This document shows positions 46,842-57,589 of a stretch of DNA of 64,000 nt, one piece after another. The stretch lies in NCBI GenBank assembly GCA_003212275.1, contig QCQE01000004.1:3238-67237 (forward strand), written 5' to 3'. Source of the DNA: Pelagibacteraceae bacterium AG-447-N18. GTDB lineage: Bacteria; Pseudomonadota; Alphaproteobacteria; Pelagibacterales; Pelagibacteraceae. Made by a program: the position numbers and the translations under genes. A model generated the notes under the pieces. That model was not told the DNA's origin. It ran no database searches and saw only the letters and a list, made by a program, of their open reading frames with translations. Every line of letters starts with the position of its first letter. Position 1 is the stretch's first letter.

Positions 46842-47570
46842 TTATTTTTTTTCTTCTGGAGCTTTTTTGTCTGCAGGTTTTTTATCATCACCCTCTTTTT
46901 TATCGCCCTCCGCAGCTGGTTTATCTCCCTCAGCTGCAGCTGCTTCCGCTCCTTCAGCACCTTCTTCACCCTCTGCAGCTTCTGCCTCTGCTGGTTTTTC
47001 TGGCTCTTTCATTACTGTCGGTGCTGCCAAGGTTGCAATTACGAAATCTCTTCCTTGAATAGTTGGTGTTACTTCTGCATCTAGTTTTACTGAAGAAATT
47101 TTAAAACTTGACCCAATATCGATACCATCTAAATCTAAAGTAATACTTTCTGGTATTTTTTCACTTGGGCATTTTAATTCAACTTTTCTTCTTACAATGT
47201 TAAGTACTCCACCTCTTTTTAAGCCTGGAGATTTTTCATGATTAATAAAGTTAACTGGAACTTCAATCTTAATTTTTACTCCAGGAAGAACTCTTAGAAA
47301 ATCTACATGGGTAGGTTCATCATTTATGATGTGATATTTTACTTCTCTAGGTAATACATTTTGAGATTTTCCATCTACATTTAAAGTAATGATATTTGAT
47401 AAAAAGTTTTCTTTCTCAATCAAGGTTTTTAATAATTTCTTAGATATAGAAACTTTTTGATTTTGGTCTTTACCCCCATAGATAATCCCTGGAACACTGC
47501 CATCATTCCTGATAGCATTAAGTTGACCTTTAGTTTTGTTATCCCTGATCTTTGCTTCTAAAGAATTCAT
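46842..47570 (-). CDS. rplY: 50S ribosomal protein L25/general stress protein Ctc, with an acidic Ala/Glu/Lys-rich C-terminal tail
   Basis: L25/Ctc N- and middle domains (GSVPGIIYGG). The last ~50 aa are PEKPAEAEAAEGEEGAEGAEAAAAEGDKPAAEGDKKEGDDKKPADKKAPEEKK. Confidence 0.9.
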   Translation of the reverse strand: MNSLEAKIRDNKTKGQLNAIRNDGSVPGIIYGGKDQNQKVSISKKLLKTLIEKENFLSNIITLNVDGKSQNVLPREVKYHIINDEPTHVDFLRVLPGVKIKIEVPVNFINHEKSPGLKRGGVLNIVRRKVELKCPSEKIPESITLDLDGIDIGSSFKISSVKLDAEVTPTIQGRDFVIATLAAPTVMKEPEKPAEAEAAEGEEGAEGAEAAAAEGDKPAAEGDKKEGDDKKPADKKAPEEKK

Positions 47571-47613
47571 AAAACAGAGGTTTTTAACCCATGTTCATAA
47601 ATAATCAAGGTAA

Positions 47614-48546
47614 TTATTTGAATAAATCTGAAACTGATGTTGAATTAGAAATTCTTTTTATAGCTTCTCCCATAAGGGCGGAAATTGGTAAAACTTCTAT
47701 GTTTTTAACATTTTTGGTTTTTTCGCTGTTATCAATCGTGTCTGTAATAACTAAATTTTTAATAACTGAATTTTTAATTTTTTTAACTGCGTCTCCACTC
47801 AATACCCCGTGAGTAATATAAACATAAACCTCTTTTGCACCTCTTTGTTTTAATGCCTTAGCTGCATTGACGATAGTGCCTCCTGAATCAATTATGTCAT
47901 CAACCAATATACATGTTTTACCTTTAACATCTCCAATAACATTCATTACTTGTGATTGACCTGGTTTTGGTCTTCTTTTATCAACAATAGCTAAGCCGAT
48001 GTTTAAGATTTTACCAAGAGCTCTGGCTCGCTCTGTTCCACCAACATCTGGAGCAACACAGATTAAATTTTTATTTTTGATTCTTTTTTTAATGTGCCGT
48101 GCAAAAATTGGAGTTGAAAAAAGGTTATCTACAGGGATGTCAAAAAAACCTTGAATTTGACCAGCGTGGAGATCAACTGTCACAACTCTATCTGCTCCAG
48201 CTTTAGTTATTAAATTTGAGACAAGCTTTGCTGATATAGATGTTCTTGGTACAACTTTTCTATCTTGTCTCGCATAACCAAAATAAGGAATTACAGCAGT
48301 TATATTTTTTGCTGATGATCTTTTTAAAGCATCAATACATAATAATAATTCCATTAAATTGTCATTAGCTGGTGAAGAAATAGATTGAATTATAAAAATG
48401 CTATTCCCTCTTATATTCTCATTTATTTCAATGTAAATTTCACCATCTGCAAATTTTCTTATACTAGAATTGACAAGTTTAGATTTTAAATATTTAGCGA
48501 TATTTTTGCTTAAGATTTTATTACTATTTCCAGTTAATAATTTCAT
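47614..48546 (-). CDS. prs: Ribose-phosphate pyrophosphokinase
   Basis: [21 protein letters not shown] and [10 protein letters not shown] motifs. Confidence 0.95.
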   Translation of the reverse strand: MKLLTGNSNKILSKNIAKYLKSKLVNSSIRKFADGEIYIEINENIRGNSIFIIQSISSPANDNLMELLLCIDALKRSSAKNITAVIPYFGYARQDRKVVPRTSISAKLVSNLITKAGADRVVTVDLHAGQIQGFFDIPVDNLFSTPIFARHIKKRIKNKNLICVAPDVGGTERARALGKILNIGLAIVDKRRPKPGQSQVMNVIGDVKGKTCILVDDIIDSGGTIVNAAKALKQRGAKEVYVYITHGVLSGDAVKKIKNSVIKNLVITDTIDNSEKTKNVKNIEVLPISALMGEAIKRISNSTSVSDLFK

Positions 48547-48553
48547 GAAAAGT

Positions 48554-49312
48554 TTAATTAATCATAATTATTGAAATATTTCTACCATAATCATTTAGAT
48601 TTAATTTTAATGATCTTCTTGCACTAAAAAAATTATTTTTTTTATCGAATGTATCAATTTTAATCATATCAATTTTATCGATTTTTTGTGATTTAAGTTG
48701 AGATTTGACATAATTTGGTAAATCAAAATAAATTAATTCGTTTTTATTTTTAAAGAAAATTTTGTTTTTTTTGTGTTTTTTAATAAATTTCTTTTTAAAG
48801 TCAGCTTTTACCTCATAGTTTTTTTGAGTAATTGACGGACCAATTGCTCCAATTATATTTTTTGGATTACACCCTTTTTTGTGCATAAAATTAATAACAT
48901 TTCTGACTATCCCTCTATACGCACCTTTCCAACCAGCATGGATAGCCGCGATAATTTTTTTTTCATAGTCATATAATAAAACTGGTACGCAATCAGCGGT
49001 CAATACAGCTATTGGCAGTTTTTTTTGATTAGTTATAATTGCGTCAGCTTTAATTTTTTTTTTTAATTTAGAGTTTTCATTTAGAAAAACCAACTTATTG
49101 CTATGTACTTGATGTACTAAATAAATATTTTTTGCTTTTTTCCCTATTTTATCTTTGACAATCTTTAAATTTTTTAAAATATTATTTTTGTTGTCATGAG
49201 AACCGGGACCACAATTTAGACTTTTATATATCCCTTTTGATGTACCTCCATTTTTATTAAAAAAACCATGACTTATATTTTTTTTTTTTAATAATTTTCG
49301 AGAGGTGATCAG
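48554..49312 (-). CDS. YfiH/DUF152 (laccase-domain, purine nucleoside phosphorylase-like) protein; start codon uncertain
   Basis: The track ORF (48554..49093, TTG) lacks the family N-terminus. The same frame stays open upstream and encodes [22 protein letters not shown], typical of this family. There is no in-frame ATG/GTG/TTG there; I tentatively place the start at CTG 49312. Confidence 0.65.
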   Translation of the reverse strand: MITSRKLLKKKNISHGFFNKNGGTSKGIYKSLNCGPGSHDNKNNILKNLKIVKDKIGKKAKNIYLVHQVHSNKLVFLNENSKLKKKIKADAIITNQKKLPIAVLTADCVPVLLYDYEKKIIAAIHAGWKGAYRGIVRNVINFMHKKGCNPKNIIGAIGPSITQKNYEVKADFKKKFIKKHKKNKIFFKNKNELIYFDLPNYVKSQLKSQKIDKIDMIKIDTFDKKNNFFSARRSLKLNLNDYGRNISIIMIN

Positions 49313-49313
49313 A

Positions 49314-50357
49314 TCAAAATCCTAAATTAAAATTGTTTTTTTGATTTTTTATTAACATAACTTTAAACAATTTTCCCATTTGTTTATCATCTGTTAGTCT
49401 TTTTAATCTGTAATAAATATCTGCTTTTTTTAAAAAGTTTTGATTTTTTGCAATCATCTCAGCTCTTTCGTAGATACCCATTTTTGTAAGAAATTCTTTT
49501 TGTGTTGTTAAACTATGCTTTAATCCACCTAGTTTTTTTATTATTTTTTCAAATAATCGGAAATTGATATTATGCGTGATATCTGAGTTCCCAATTTTAG
49601 CTAAAACATCTGAATATTCGTGTTTATATAATGCTTGTAAAGTATTTTTCATTTTATCTTCATTATATCCATAATCTATGATTAAAATTCCTCCAGATCT
49701 CATTTTGATAATTTTTGAAATTTTTTTCAGATAATTAATACCAAGCTCTGAATATTCTATAAAATTCTGATTTTTAGATATTCTAAAATTAATTTTTTTT
49801 TCATAATTTTTCATATTAATCTTTTTTTCCAAGAAAGAGGTTGTTTTTTTGTTTAAACTAACAAATCTTTCAAACCAAAGATTTCCTTTTTTTTTAAATT
49901 GTTTAATTGCAAGTGCATCAAAAAACTCATTTGCAACAAATATACAAGGAATTTTTTTAATTTTTTTTAAATCGTTTATCCAATTTACGTCTGAATTTAA
50001 TAATTCTTTTTTTTGTATCTTCTTTAAAGTAGGACTTATCTCATAAATTACCAACCTGCAGGATTTGAAAAACAATGGAAACTTTTTAAAACTTTCTATA
50101 AGAATTTTCATCATTGCAGCATTTCCTGCTCCAAGTTCGATTAAATTGAATTCTTTTGGTGACCCTATACTTTTCCAAAAACTTACAACCCAAATAGCAA
50201 TCATTTCAGAAAATAATCTTGATACATTAGGGGCTGTAATAAAATCTCCTTTTTTACCGAATGGATTTTTTTTTATGTAGTACCCAGACTTTTTGTTATA
50301 CATAGTGATATTGATAAACTTGTCTAAGGGTAAATTAACTATTTTGTCTGTTTTCAT
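49314..50357 (-). CDS. SAM-dependent methyltransferase, MidA/NDUFAF7 (DUF185) family
   Basis: GDFITAP and LIELGAGNAAMM motifs; 347 aa. Confidence 0.8.
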   Translation of the reverse strand: MKTDKIVNLPLDKFINITMYNKKSGYYIKKNPFGKKGDFITAPNVSRLFSEMIAIWVVSFWKSIGSPKEFNLIELGAGNAAMMKILIESFKKFPLFFKSCRLVIYEISPTLKKIQKKELLNSDVNWINDLKKIKKIPCIFVANEFFDALAIKQFKKKGNLWFERFVSLNKKTTSFLEKKINMKNYEKKINFRISKNQNFIEYSELGINYLKKISKIIKMRSGGILIIDYGYNEDKMKNTLQALYKHEYSDVLAKIGNSDITHNINFRLFEKIIKKLGGLKHSLTTQKEFLTKMGIYERAEMIAKNQNFLKKADIYYRLKRLTDDKQMGKLFKVMLIKNQKNNFNLGF

Positions 50358-51117
50358 ATTTAGAGATTAATAAATAACATCCGATTATTAAAAAAAAGAT
50401 ACTTATAAGTTGTCCCATAGTTAAATTGAATAATAAATAGCCCAGTTGGTCATCAGGAACTCTTAAAAACTCAATTGCAAATCTAAAAATTGAGTAAAAA
50501 ACTAAAAATATACCAGAGATAAAACCAGGTCTTTTAGAGAAACTCTTATTTTTGAAATATAATAGAATTAAAAATAGAACTATGCCTTCAAAAAACGCTT
50601 CATATAACTGAGTAGGATGTCGATATAAATTATCTATTAGTTTAAATTGGACTGCCCAGGCAACATTTGTTTCGACACCATAAAGTTCTGAATTTATAAA
50701 ATTTGCTATTCTGCCAAAAAAAATACCTATGGGTGCAACAAAAGACACAATATCTAAATAACTAAATGAACTTTGTGAATTTTTTTTCGCAAAAAGGTAA
50801 CTTGCAATTATGATACCTATAACTCCTCCATGAAATGACATACCACCCTGCCAAATTTTTAAGATATCTGATAAATTATTGATATAAAATTCAAAGTTAT
50901 AAAATACTACATACCCTAATCTGCCACCAATAATTAAACCTAAAATTAGATAAGTTAAGTAATCATCAAATTTTTCCCTTACTTTTATTTCAGAAATAAA
51001 AAATTTTTTACTTAAAAACCACCCTAATAAAATACCAACAATATAAGCTAAAGAATACCATCTAATCTCAAATGAAAAAATTTGAAATGCGACTGGGTCA
51101 AAATTATTAATGAACAT
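50335..51117 (-). CDS. lgt: Prolipoprotein diacylglyceryl transferase
   Basis: FDPVAF...IRWYSLAYIVG N-terminus and GGMSFHGG, GRIANFINSELYG motifs. I prefer start ATG 51117 over the track's 51180. Confidence 0.9.
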   Translation of the reverse strand: MFINNFDPVAFQIFSFEIRWYSLAYIVGILLGWFLSKKFFISEIKVREKFDDYLTYLILGLIIGGRLGYVVFYNFEFYINNLSDILKIWQGGMSFHGGVIGIIIASYLFAKKNSQSSFSYLDIVSFVAPIGIFFGRIANFINSELYGVETNVAWAVQFKLIDNLYRHPTQLYEAFFEGIVLFLILLYFKNKSFSKRPGFISGIFLVFYSIFRFAIEFLRVPDDQLGYLLFNLTMGQLISIFFLIIGCYLLISKYENRQNS

Positions 51118-51167
51118 TTCTATTTTTAAATATAAGTTATAATTATAATAAGTTATTAGATTAATAT

Positions 51168-51419
51168 ATGAAAAACTCAAAGTTTGTAATTGAAAAACTT
51201 GCTAAATTATTTGAACAAGGCTTAGTATCGTCAAAAGATATAGCTAATGAAATTATGACTATTTTAAAATCTAAAAGAGATGAAATAGTTTTTAAAATGA
51301 AGTTAACAAGTAAAGAAGAGTTTGAAGTGCTCTCCAAAAGAGTTGAAAATTTAGAAAAAAAAATTGATCAATTAAAATTTACAAAAAAAAAGAAAACTAA
51401 AAAGGCAAAAAGATCTTAG
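51168..51419 (+). CDS. UbiK/BMFP-like coiled-coil accessory protein
   Basis: 83 aa with a coiled coil (KEEFEVLSKRVENLEKKI) and a basic tail. The family call is from memory. Confidence 0.55.
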   Translation: MKNSKFVIEKLAKLFEQGLVSSKDIANEIMTILKSKRDEIVFKMKLTSKEEFEVLSKRVENLEKKIDQLKFTKKKKTKKAKRS

Positions 51420-52716
51420 CTTCTAAACCACCCATTGGTGACTTAGCTAATTTTATATTTCCTCCGTGTGATCTGATGATGTCGGAAGCTATGGATAATC
51501 CAAGTCCAACGCTTGATTTTGTTTCAGCTCGACCTTTATCAATTTTGTAAAAAGGTTTGAAAACATTATCATATTCTGCCTCAGGTATACCCGGACCATT
51601 GTCTTCAATTTTAATGAATAAGTTGTTACTACTTTTAGTAATATCTACATTTACTTTTTTCGCATATTTAATTGCATTGTCTATAAGATTGTTAACACAT
51701 CTTTTGATTAGGTTTTTTCTACCACTTATATAAATTCTTGGTGTAATTTTGGATGATATATTTTCATTTTCATACTTCTCAACTATTTCATTAACTAATT
51801 CGCTAATATTAAATTCCTCGTCTTTTTCAAGGTATGACGAGCTGGTAAACTGCAAATATTCATTTAGCATTTTTTCCATTTCATTAATGTCTTCTGATAA
51901 TTTTTTACTTAATTCTTTATCTTTTATAAATGCTATTTGTAATTTCATTCTTGTTAAAGGAGTTCTTAAGTCGTGGCTAATGCCAGACAACATTTCTGAT
52001 CTTTGATTAAGATGTCTTAAAATTCTTTTTCTCATTCTATCAAATTCATAACCAGCTTGTCTGATTTCTGCTGCACCAGAGGGTTTAAATTCATCAATTT
52101 CTTCTCCTCGACCAAATTTTTCTGCTGCTTTTGCAAGATTAGTTATTGGTCTCGTTTGATTTTTTAGAAAAATTAATGAAATTAAAATCATTATGATTGC
52201 AGGAACTGTTATCCATAGTGCAAAGATACGAGCTGAGGAGGTCGTCACCCTATCTCTTGGAACTAAAAATTTAAAATACCCAGACTGATATTTTATTCTA
52301 ATATCAATTAACTCTTTGTATGAAGTTGTATCAAACCAATAATTTCCATTACCAAATTTTGACTTGAGTTCTCTTCTTAAAGTCCTATCTATAGGGCTAA
52401 ACCATCTTTCATCAAAAGTATAAATAAAATCTTTGTTCTCTAAAAAATCTATATTTAAGTCTTGGTAAACTGAAAAAACATTTTTAATTTCATCTTTTTT
52501 ATAAATTTCATCAGAATAAACTTCAATGAAAGTATTAATTTCATTTACTAACGCTTTAGTCATACCCTTGTTAGTTTTGATCCAAAGGCTATCAAAAAAA
52601 ACAATAGTAATTACCAATTGTAAAACTATGACTGGAACTGCAACAATCAATAAAGCTCTATAAAATAATCTCTTTGGAAGTATATCTTTAAAAAATTTAC
52701 TCAATCCATAGAACAT
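51397..52716 (-). CDS. envZ: Sensor histidine kinase, EnvZ-like
   Basis: Two TM helices, HAMP, H-box LSGISHDLRTPLTRM, N/G boxes. I start at ATG 52716; the track's 52770 would overlap the regulator gene by 74 nt. Confidence 0.8.
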   Translation of the reverse strand: MFYGLSKFFKDILPKRLFYRALLIVAVPVIVLQLVITIVFFDSLWIKTNKGMTKALVNEINTFIEVYSDEIYKKDEIKNVFSVYQDLNIDFLENKDFIYTFDERWFSPIDRTLRRELKSKFGNGNYWFDTTSYKELIDIRIKYQSGYFKFLVPRDRVTTSSARIFALWITVPAIIMILISLIFLKNQTRPITNLAKAAEKFGRGEEIDEFKPSGAAEIRQAGYEFDRMRKRILRHLNQRSEMLSGISHDLRTPLTRMKLQIAFIKDKELSKKLSEDINEMEKMLNEYLQFTSSSYLEKDEEFNISELVNEIVEKYENENISSKITPRIYISGRKNLIKRCVNNLIDNAIKYAKKVNVDITKSSNNLFIKIEDNGPGIPEAEYDNVFKPFYKIDKGRAETKSSVGLGLSIASDIIRSHGGNIKLAKSPMGGLEAKIFLPF

Positions 52717-53374
52717 ATCCAGCTCCTCTAATTGTTTGTAAAAACTTTGGATTTTTTGGATCAATTTCAATTTTTTTTCTAAGTCTTGTGATTATAACAT
52801 CTATTGATCTCTCTTTATCAAGTTCAGTTAGAATACCAATATCTTCACGTGAAAAAGTTTTACCAGGATTATTAATCATTTTTTCTAAAATTTTTTTTTC
52901 TGTGTTGTTAATTTTGTATTCTGAATTTTTCTTAATTATTAGTTGTTTATTTAAATCAATTTTAATATTTTCAAATTGTATTACACGTTTTTGATCACTT
53001 ATTTTTGTTTTTCGAATTATATTTTGAATTCTCAAAATTAACTCTTTTGGTTCGAAAGGTTTTGGAAGATAGTCATCAGCACCAACTTCCAATCCCTCAA
53101 CTCTTTCATTTGCTTCACCTTTTGCAGTTAATAAAATTACAGGTGTATCCAGTTTTTTTTGATTTTCTTTAAGGAACTCTAAGCCACTTTTTCCAGGCAT
53201 CATAATATCTAGTATGATTAGATCAAATTTGATTATTTGTATTTTTTCAAAAGCATCCTCTGCACTATTTGCAGTTGTGACCAGGTAATTATTTTCATTT
53301 AAATATTTTTTAACAAGAGTTCTAATACCCTCATCATCATCAACAACTAAAATATGAGCTACAAAATTATCCAT
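52697..53374 (-). CDS. ompR: OmpR-family response regulator
   Basis: Receiver domain (ILVVDDD, ILDIMMPG, LTAKG) plus winged-helix domain (RGAGYVL). Confidence 0.88.
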   Translation of the reverse strand: MDNFVAHILVVDDDEGIRTLVKKYLNENNYLVTTANSAEDAFEKIQIIKFDLIILDIMMPGKSGLEFLKENQKKLDTPVILLTAKGEANERVEGLEVGADDYLPKPFEPKELILRIQNIIRKTKISDQKRVIQFENIKIDLNKQLIIKKNSEYKINNTEKKILEKMINNPGKTFSREDIGILTELDKERSIDVIITRLRKKIEIDPKNPKFLQTIRGAGYVLWIE

Positions 53375-53804
53375 TAATTATTTTTTTTAAAACGTTATCA
53401 AAGTTAATTACTTCTTCAGAGCTTGAGTTAAGTAATGCACTATGAATTCTTTTTTTTTGAATTTCAAAAATTTCATTAAATATTTTTTTTCCTTTATCAT
53501 TTAGAAATACATGTTTTATTCTTGTATCTTGCTCATCTTTTTTGAAAATAATTATGTCTAGTTTAATTAGATCTTTTAAAACTCTATTAAGACTTTGTTT
53601 AGTTACTTTAAGTCTTTTGAGTAATTCTGAAATAGTGATCCCTTCGTACATGGACAATAAATGAATGACTTTTTGGTGTGCTAGGCCAATTTTATACTTA
53701 TTTAATATTTTTTTTGAGTCTGAAAATGTTTCTCTGTAACCTATAAAAAGCTTTTCGATCAAATCTTTTAGTTGATCATCTTTTAGATATAAAAGTTGTT
53801 TCAT
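53367..53804 (-). CDS. MarR-family transcriptional regulator
   Basis: 145-aa winged HTH (ITISELLKRLKVTKQSLNRVLKDL). Confidence 0.8.
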   Translation of the reverse strand: MKQLLYLKDDQLKDLIEKLFIGYRETFSDSKKILNKYKIGLAHQKVIHLLSMYEGITISELLKRLKVTKQSLNRVLKDLIKLDIIIFKKDEQDTRIKHVFLNDKGKKIFNEIFEIQKKRIHSALLNSSSEEVINFDNVLKKIING

Positions 53805-53872
53805 TATTGGTAAGTTATATTGACATATTACAGATACAAAGATATTTTTTCAGTAAGAATTTTTATTTCATA

Positions 53873-54754
53873 ATGATACCCTACGATAAAAGATCAGGTA
53901 AAATATGGTACAATGGCGAATTAGTCGATTGGTCTGATGTTAAGGTCCATGTTCTAAGCCATGGATTACATTATGCGAGCTGTGTTTTTGAGGGAGAACG
54001 TGTGTATGATGGTTCGATTTTTAAATTAGAGGAACATACTTCAAGATTATTTTACTCAGCAAAGAGAATGGGAATTGAAATACCATACAGCGAAAAAGAA
54101 ATCAATTTTGCTTGTAAAAAAATAGTTTCCACCCAGAAAGTAGAAAACGGGTATGTAAGACCATTTGTATGGAGAGGAAGTGAGATGATGCAAATATCTG
54201 CACAACAAACAAAGATACATGTGGCAATAGCAACATGGGAATGGGGTTCATATTTTGATCCTAAGTTAAAGGTTGAGGGTATCAAACTAAATATTTCGAA
54301 TTGGAGAAGGCCAGCCCCTAACACAATTCCCTGGGATACAAAAGCTTCGGGTCTTTATATGATTTGTACTCTTTCAAAACATGAGGCTGAAAAGGAAGGA
54401 TATACAGACTCTCTTATGTTAGATTATCAGGGCAATATTGCAGAAGCGACAGGAGCAAATATTTTTTTTAAAGATAAAAAGGGAGAATTGCACACTCCAA
54501 TACCAGACTCATTTTTAGATGGAATTACGAGAAGAACAGTTATTGAAATAGCAAAATCTAAAAATATAAAAGTTCACGAAAGAAAAATAAAACCTGAGGA
54601 ATTAAAAGATTTTGAGGGTTGTTTTTTAACTGGTACAGCAGCAGAGGTTACTCCAGTATCATGTATTGCGGAAAATCAATTTAAAGTTTGTGAAATGATA
54701 ATTGATTTAAGTGAAAGTTATCAAGCTTTAGTTAAAAAGAAAAAAGCTGCCTAA
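53873..54754 (+). CDS. ilvE: Branched-chain amino acid aminotransferase
   Basis: Class IV aminotransferase motifs (GLHYASCVFEGERVY, FLDGITR, TGTAAEVTPV). I prefer start ATG 53873. Confidence 0.9.
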   Translation: MIPYDKRSGKIWYNGELVDWSDVKVHVLSHGLHYASCVFEGERVYDGSIFKLEEHTSRLFYSAKRMGIEIPYSEKEINFACKKIVSTQKVENGYVRPFVWRGSEMMQISAQQTKIHVAIATWEWGSYFDPKLKVEGIKLNISNWRRPAPNTIPWDTKASGLYMICTLSKHEAEKEGYTDSLMLDYQGNIAEATGANIFFKDKKGELHTPIPDSFLDGITRRTVIEIAKSKNIKVHERKIKPEELKDFEGCFLTGTAAEVTPVSCIAENQFKVCEMIIDLSESYQALVKKKKAA

Positions 54755-55335
54755 TCTTTATTGTCCTCAGATATAGCGTGGTCTATTCCTTTTCGCATAT
54801 ATTCATATCCTGTAAATAGAGTTAAAACTGCTGATAGCCATAATAAAATTATACCAATTGTTTGAGCATTATAGTCTTGAAAATTGATAATTTTATTTCC
54901 TGTATCCCCAGAAAGTAAAAGACCAATAGAGACCATTTGTAAAACTGTTTTTAATTTTGCAAGATTAGAGACAGGTAGTTTAATTTTACCTTTTGCTAAA
55001 AATTCCCTAAGACCAGATATTAATATTTCTCTTGTTAAAATTATAATTGCAGCAATAACCTCATAATTTTTAATTGTGCCATCCATAACTAATAAAATTA
55101 GTGCAGCAGCTACAATAATCTTATCTGCAATTGGATCTAATAATTCTCCCAATTTAGACTCTTCTCCAAGTAGTCTAGCCAACATTCCATCCAAAAAATC
55201 TGTAAACGATGCAATTATAAATAATACTAAAGCAGTTAGATCTCCATAAAATCCAGGTAAATAGAAAGCTAAAACAAAAAAAGGTACAATTAAAATTCTA
55301 CCTACTGTTAGTATGTTGGGTATTTTTCTTAGCAT
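54751..55335 (-). CDS. pgsA: CDP-diacylglycerol--glycerol-3-phosphate 3-phosphatidyltransferase
   Basis: CDP-alcohol phosphatidyltransferase motif DFLDGMLAR...G..LDPIADK. Confidence 0.92.
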   Translation of the reverse strand: MLRKIPNILTVGRILIVPFFVLAFYLPGFYGDLTALVLFIIASFTDFLDGMLARLLGEESKLGELLDPIADKIIVAAALILLVMDGTIKNYEVIAAIIILTREILISGLREFLAKGKIKLPVSNLAKLKTVLQMVSIGLLLSGDTGNKIINFQDYNAQTIGIILLWLSAVLTLFTGYEYMRKGIDHAISEDNKD

Positions 55336-55340
55336 AATCT

Positions 55341-57176
55341 CTATTCGTGAAAGAAGTTATATATCTTTTTTGCAACTTTTTCCTCAACGCCCTCAACTGA
55401 TTTTATTTCATCTAGACTGGCAGACTCTACTGCTCGAGCAGATCCAAAATGATTTAATAAAGCCCTTTTTCTGATAGATCCAATACCCTCAATCTGATCT
55501 AACAAAGACTTACTAATCCCCCTTTTTCTCTTTGCTCTATGAGCACTAATCGCAAAACGATGAGATTCATCTCTAATTCTTTGAAGAAAGAAAAGAGTAG
55601 GGTCATTTTTATTGAATTTATATTCTTTGCCATTATGAAAAAAAGTTTCATTACCACTATTTCTAAATTTTCCCTTAGCAATCGCGATAATCGGTATTTC
55701 GTGAAGTCCTAATTCATTTAAAGAGTCTCTTGCAACAGAATATTGACCTTTTCCACCATCAACTATTACTAAATCAGGAAAAGAGAGATAATTGTCTTTT
55801 TCTTGAATTGCTCTTTTAAATCTTCTGTTCAATACTTCTCGCATCATTCCGTAATCATCTTGTTCATTCTTTTTGAATTTAATGTTAAATTTTCGATATC
55901 TTTTTTTAATAAAACCTTCTTCACCAAATGCAATTAAGGCTCCAACACTATTTGTTCCTTGAATATGACTATTATCATAAACCTCTACTAAATTTATATT
56001 TGTCTCAAGATTAAATTTACTCGCAACTGAGTCAAATAATTCTCTATTATTCTGACTTTCATAAAGTTTTCGATTTAAACTTTCTTTTGCATTTTTGGTT
56101 GCTTGATTGATAACTTTTAGTTTTGACCCTTTTTTTGCAACAGTTAAGTTTACTTGTTTACCCTCTTTTTTAGAGAGAGTTTTTTCAATCAGATTTTTTT
56201 CTTTTATCTCTTCGGAAATTATTATCGATGAAGGCACACTTTTATTTTCATAAAATTGTGAAACAAAAGAATTAAGTATATTACTTAGACTTTCATCTGG
56301 ATCATGTTTGGGAAAAAATGCCTGGTTACCCCAATTTTGTTTTGAACGATAAAAAAAAACCTGAATACAAGTTTTTCCAGACTCTTTATAACCTGCAATC
56401 ACATCGGCCTCGATTAAATTTGCTTCATTGATTCTTTGCGAAGATTGAATAATATTTAATGATTTTATTCTATCTCTCAAAATCACAGCTTTCTCAAAAT
56501 CTAAATCTTCACTAGCTTTTTCCATCTGATCTGAAAGACTTTTTTGAATTTTTCTTGATTTTCCTGAAACGAATTCTATCGCATCATCCACAGTTTTCTT
56601 ATAGTCTTCCTTTTCAACATATCCAACGCAAGGTCCAGAACACCTTTTAATTTGATAAAGAATGCATGGTCGTTCCCGATTTTTGAAAACTGTATCATCG
56701 CATACTCTTAAATGGAAAATTTTTTGTATCATCTTTATAGTCCAATTTGCTGAGCCAGCTGATGCGAATGGACCAAAATAAAAACCTTCCTTAGTTTTTT
56801 TTCCTCTGTGTCGTCTTATCTGAGGCCAGACATCTTTATTACCAATAAATATAAAAGGAAAAGATTTATCATCTCTAAGTAAAATATTAAATTTTGGTTT
56901 GTGCTTTTTAATAAGGTTGGCTTCAAGCAGTAAAGCCTCACTTTCATTCGAGGTAGTTGTAATCTCAAGTTTTTTTGTTTGAGATAACATTCTCTCTGTT
57001 CTTATAATATGGTTTTTTTCTGCAATATAACTTTTAAGTCTATTGGGTAAATTTTTTGCTTTACCAACATAAAGAATTTCTCCTTTGTCGTTAAGCATGC
57101 GATAAACACCAGGTAGCTTAGGTATTAATGGTAGTTCTTTTTTAATTACTTCTTTTCCAATTTCAGAACTTATCAT
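55341..57176 (-). CDS. uvrC: Excinuclease ABC subunit C
   Basis: GIY-YIG ([21 protein letters not shown]), UvrB-binding domain, RNase H-like endonuclease and HhH domains. Start is ATG 57176, or TTG 57206 as in the track. Confidence 0.93.
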   Translation of the reverse strand: MISSEIGKEVIKKELPLIPKLPGVYRMLNDKGEILYVGKAKNLPNRLKSYIAEKNHIIRTERMLSQTKKLEITTTSNESEALLLEANLIKKHKPKFNILLRDDKSFPFIFIGNKDVWPQIRRHRGKKTKEGFYFGPFASAGSANWTIKMIQKIFHLRVCDDTVFKNRERPCILYQIKRCSGPCVGYVEKEDYKKTVDDAIEFVSGKSRKIQKSLSDQMEKASEDLDFEKAVILRDRIKSLNIIQSSQRINEANLIEADVIAGYKESGKTCIQVFFYRSKQNWGNQAFFPKHDPDESLSNILNSFVSQFYENKSVPSSIIISEEIKEKNLIEKTLSKKEGKQVNLTVAKKGSKLKVINQATKNAKESLNRKLYESQNNRELFDSVASKFNLETNINLVEVYDNSHIQGTNSVGALIAFGEEGFIKKRYRKFNIKFKKNEQDDYGMMREVLNRRFKRAIQEKDNYLSFPDLVIVDGGKGQYSVARDSLNELGLHEIPIIAIAKGKFRNSGNETFFHNGKEYKFNKNDPTLFFLQRIRDESHRFAISAHRAKRKRGISKSLLDQIEGIGSIRKRALLNHFGSARAVESASLDEIKSVEGVEEKVAKKIYNFFHE

Positions 57177-57588
57177 GACTTCTTTTTTTGGTAATTTGAA
57201 TACCAACGGATGAGCATTGTTTTAAAATTTCTAATTTTTCAATTTTAAGCATTATTTTCGCAATCCTTTTATCTTTAAACAATTCATCAAAAACAGACTC
57301 TGCAAGTGTTTCTAAAAAATTATAATGTTTCTTTTTTACTAGTTTTGTAATTAATTTTACAATTGTGCTGTAGTTGACAATAGATTTTATATCTTTGTCA
57401 TTTGAAGGCTTTTTATCTTGATAGTCAATTTCAAGGCTAAACTTGACTTTTTGAGGTTTTTCTTTTTCAAAATCGTAATACCCAAGTTTTAAATCTAAAA
57501 TTAACTCATTGATAAGAATTTTTTTCTCATAGTTAAATAGAGCTTTATTCTTATCTATTTTAATAATTTTAAGATTATTTTTTTTCAT
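57163..57588 (-). CDS. folB: Dihydroneopterin aldolase-like (FolB family)
   Basis: FolB-like pattern ([24 protein letters not shown]...[10 protein letters not shown]...FLETLAESV). ATG 57588 lies 1 nt after the upstream stop codon. Confidence 0.65.
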   Translation of the reverse strand: MKKNNLKIIKIDKNKALFNYEKKILINELILDLKLGYYDFEKEKPQKVKFSLEIDYQDKKPSNDKDIKSIVNYSTIVKLITKLVKKKHYNFLETLAESVFDELFKDKRIAKIMLKIEKLEILKQCSSVGIQITKKRSHDKF

Positions 57589-57589
57589 A

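Noticed and set aside
46837-47058. 73-aa Ala/Ser/Pro-rich ORF on the + strand
   Set aside because: It is the antisense shadow of the GC-rich low-complexity tail of the L25/Ctc gene, with no independent support.
51397-53804. Two-component system plus MarR regulator as part of a novel signalling or defence module
   Set aside because: The EnvZ/OmpR-like H-box and receiver/winged-helix motifs are canonical. The neighbours are housekeeping genes (lgt, ilvE, pgsA). Nothing in the sequence suggests a non-standard architecture.
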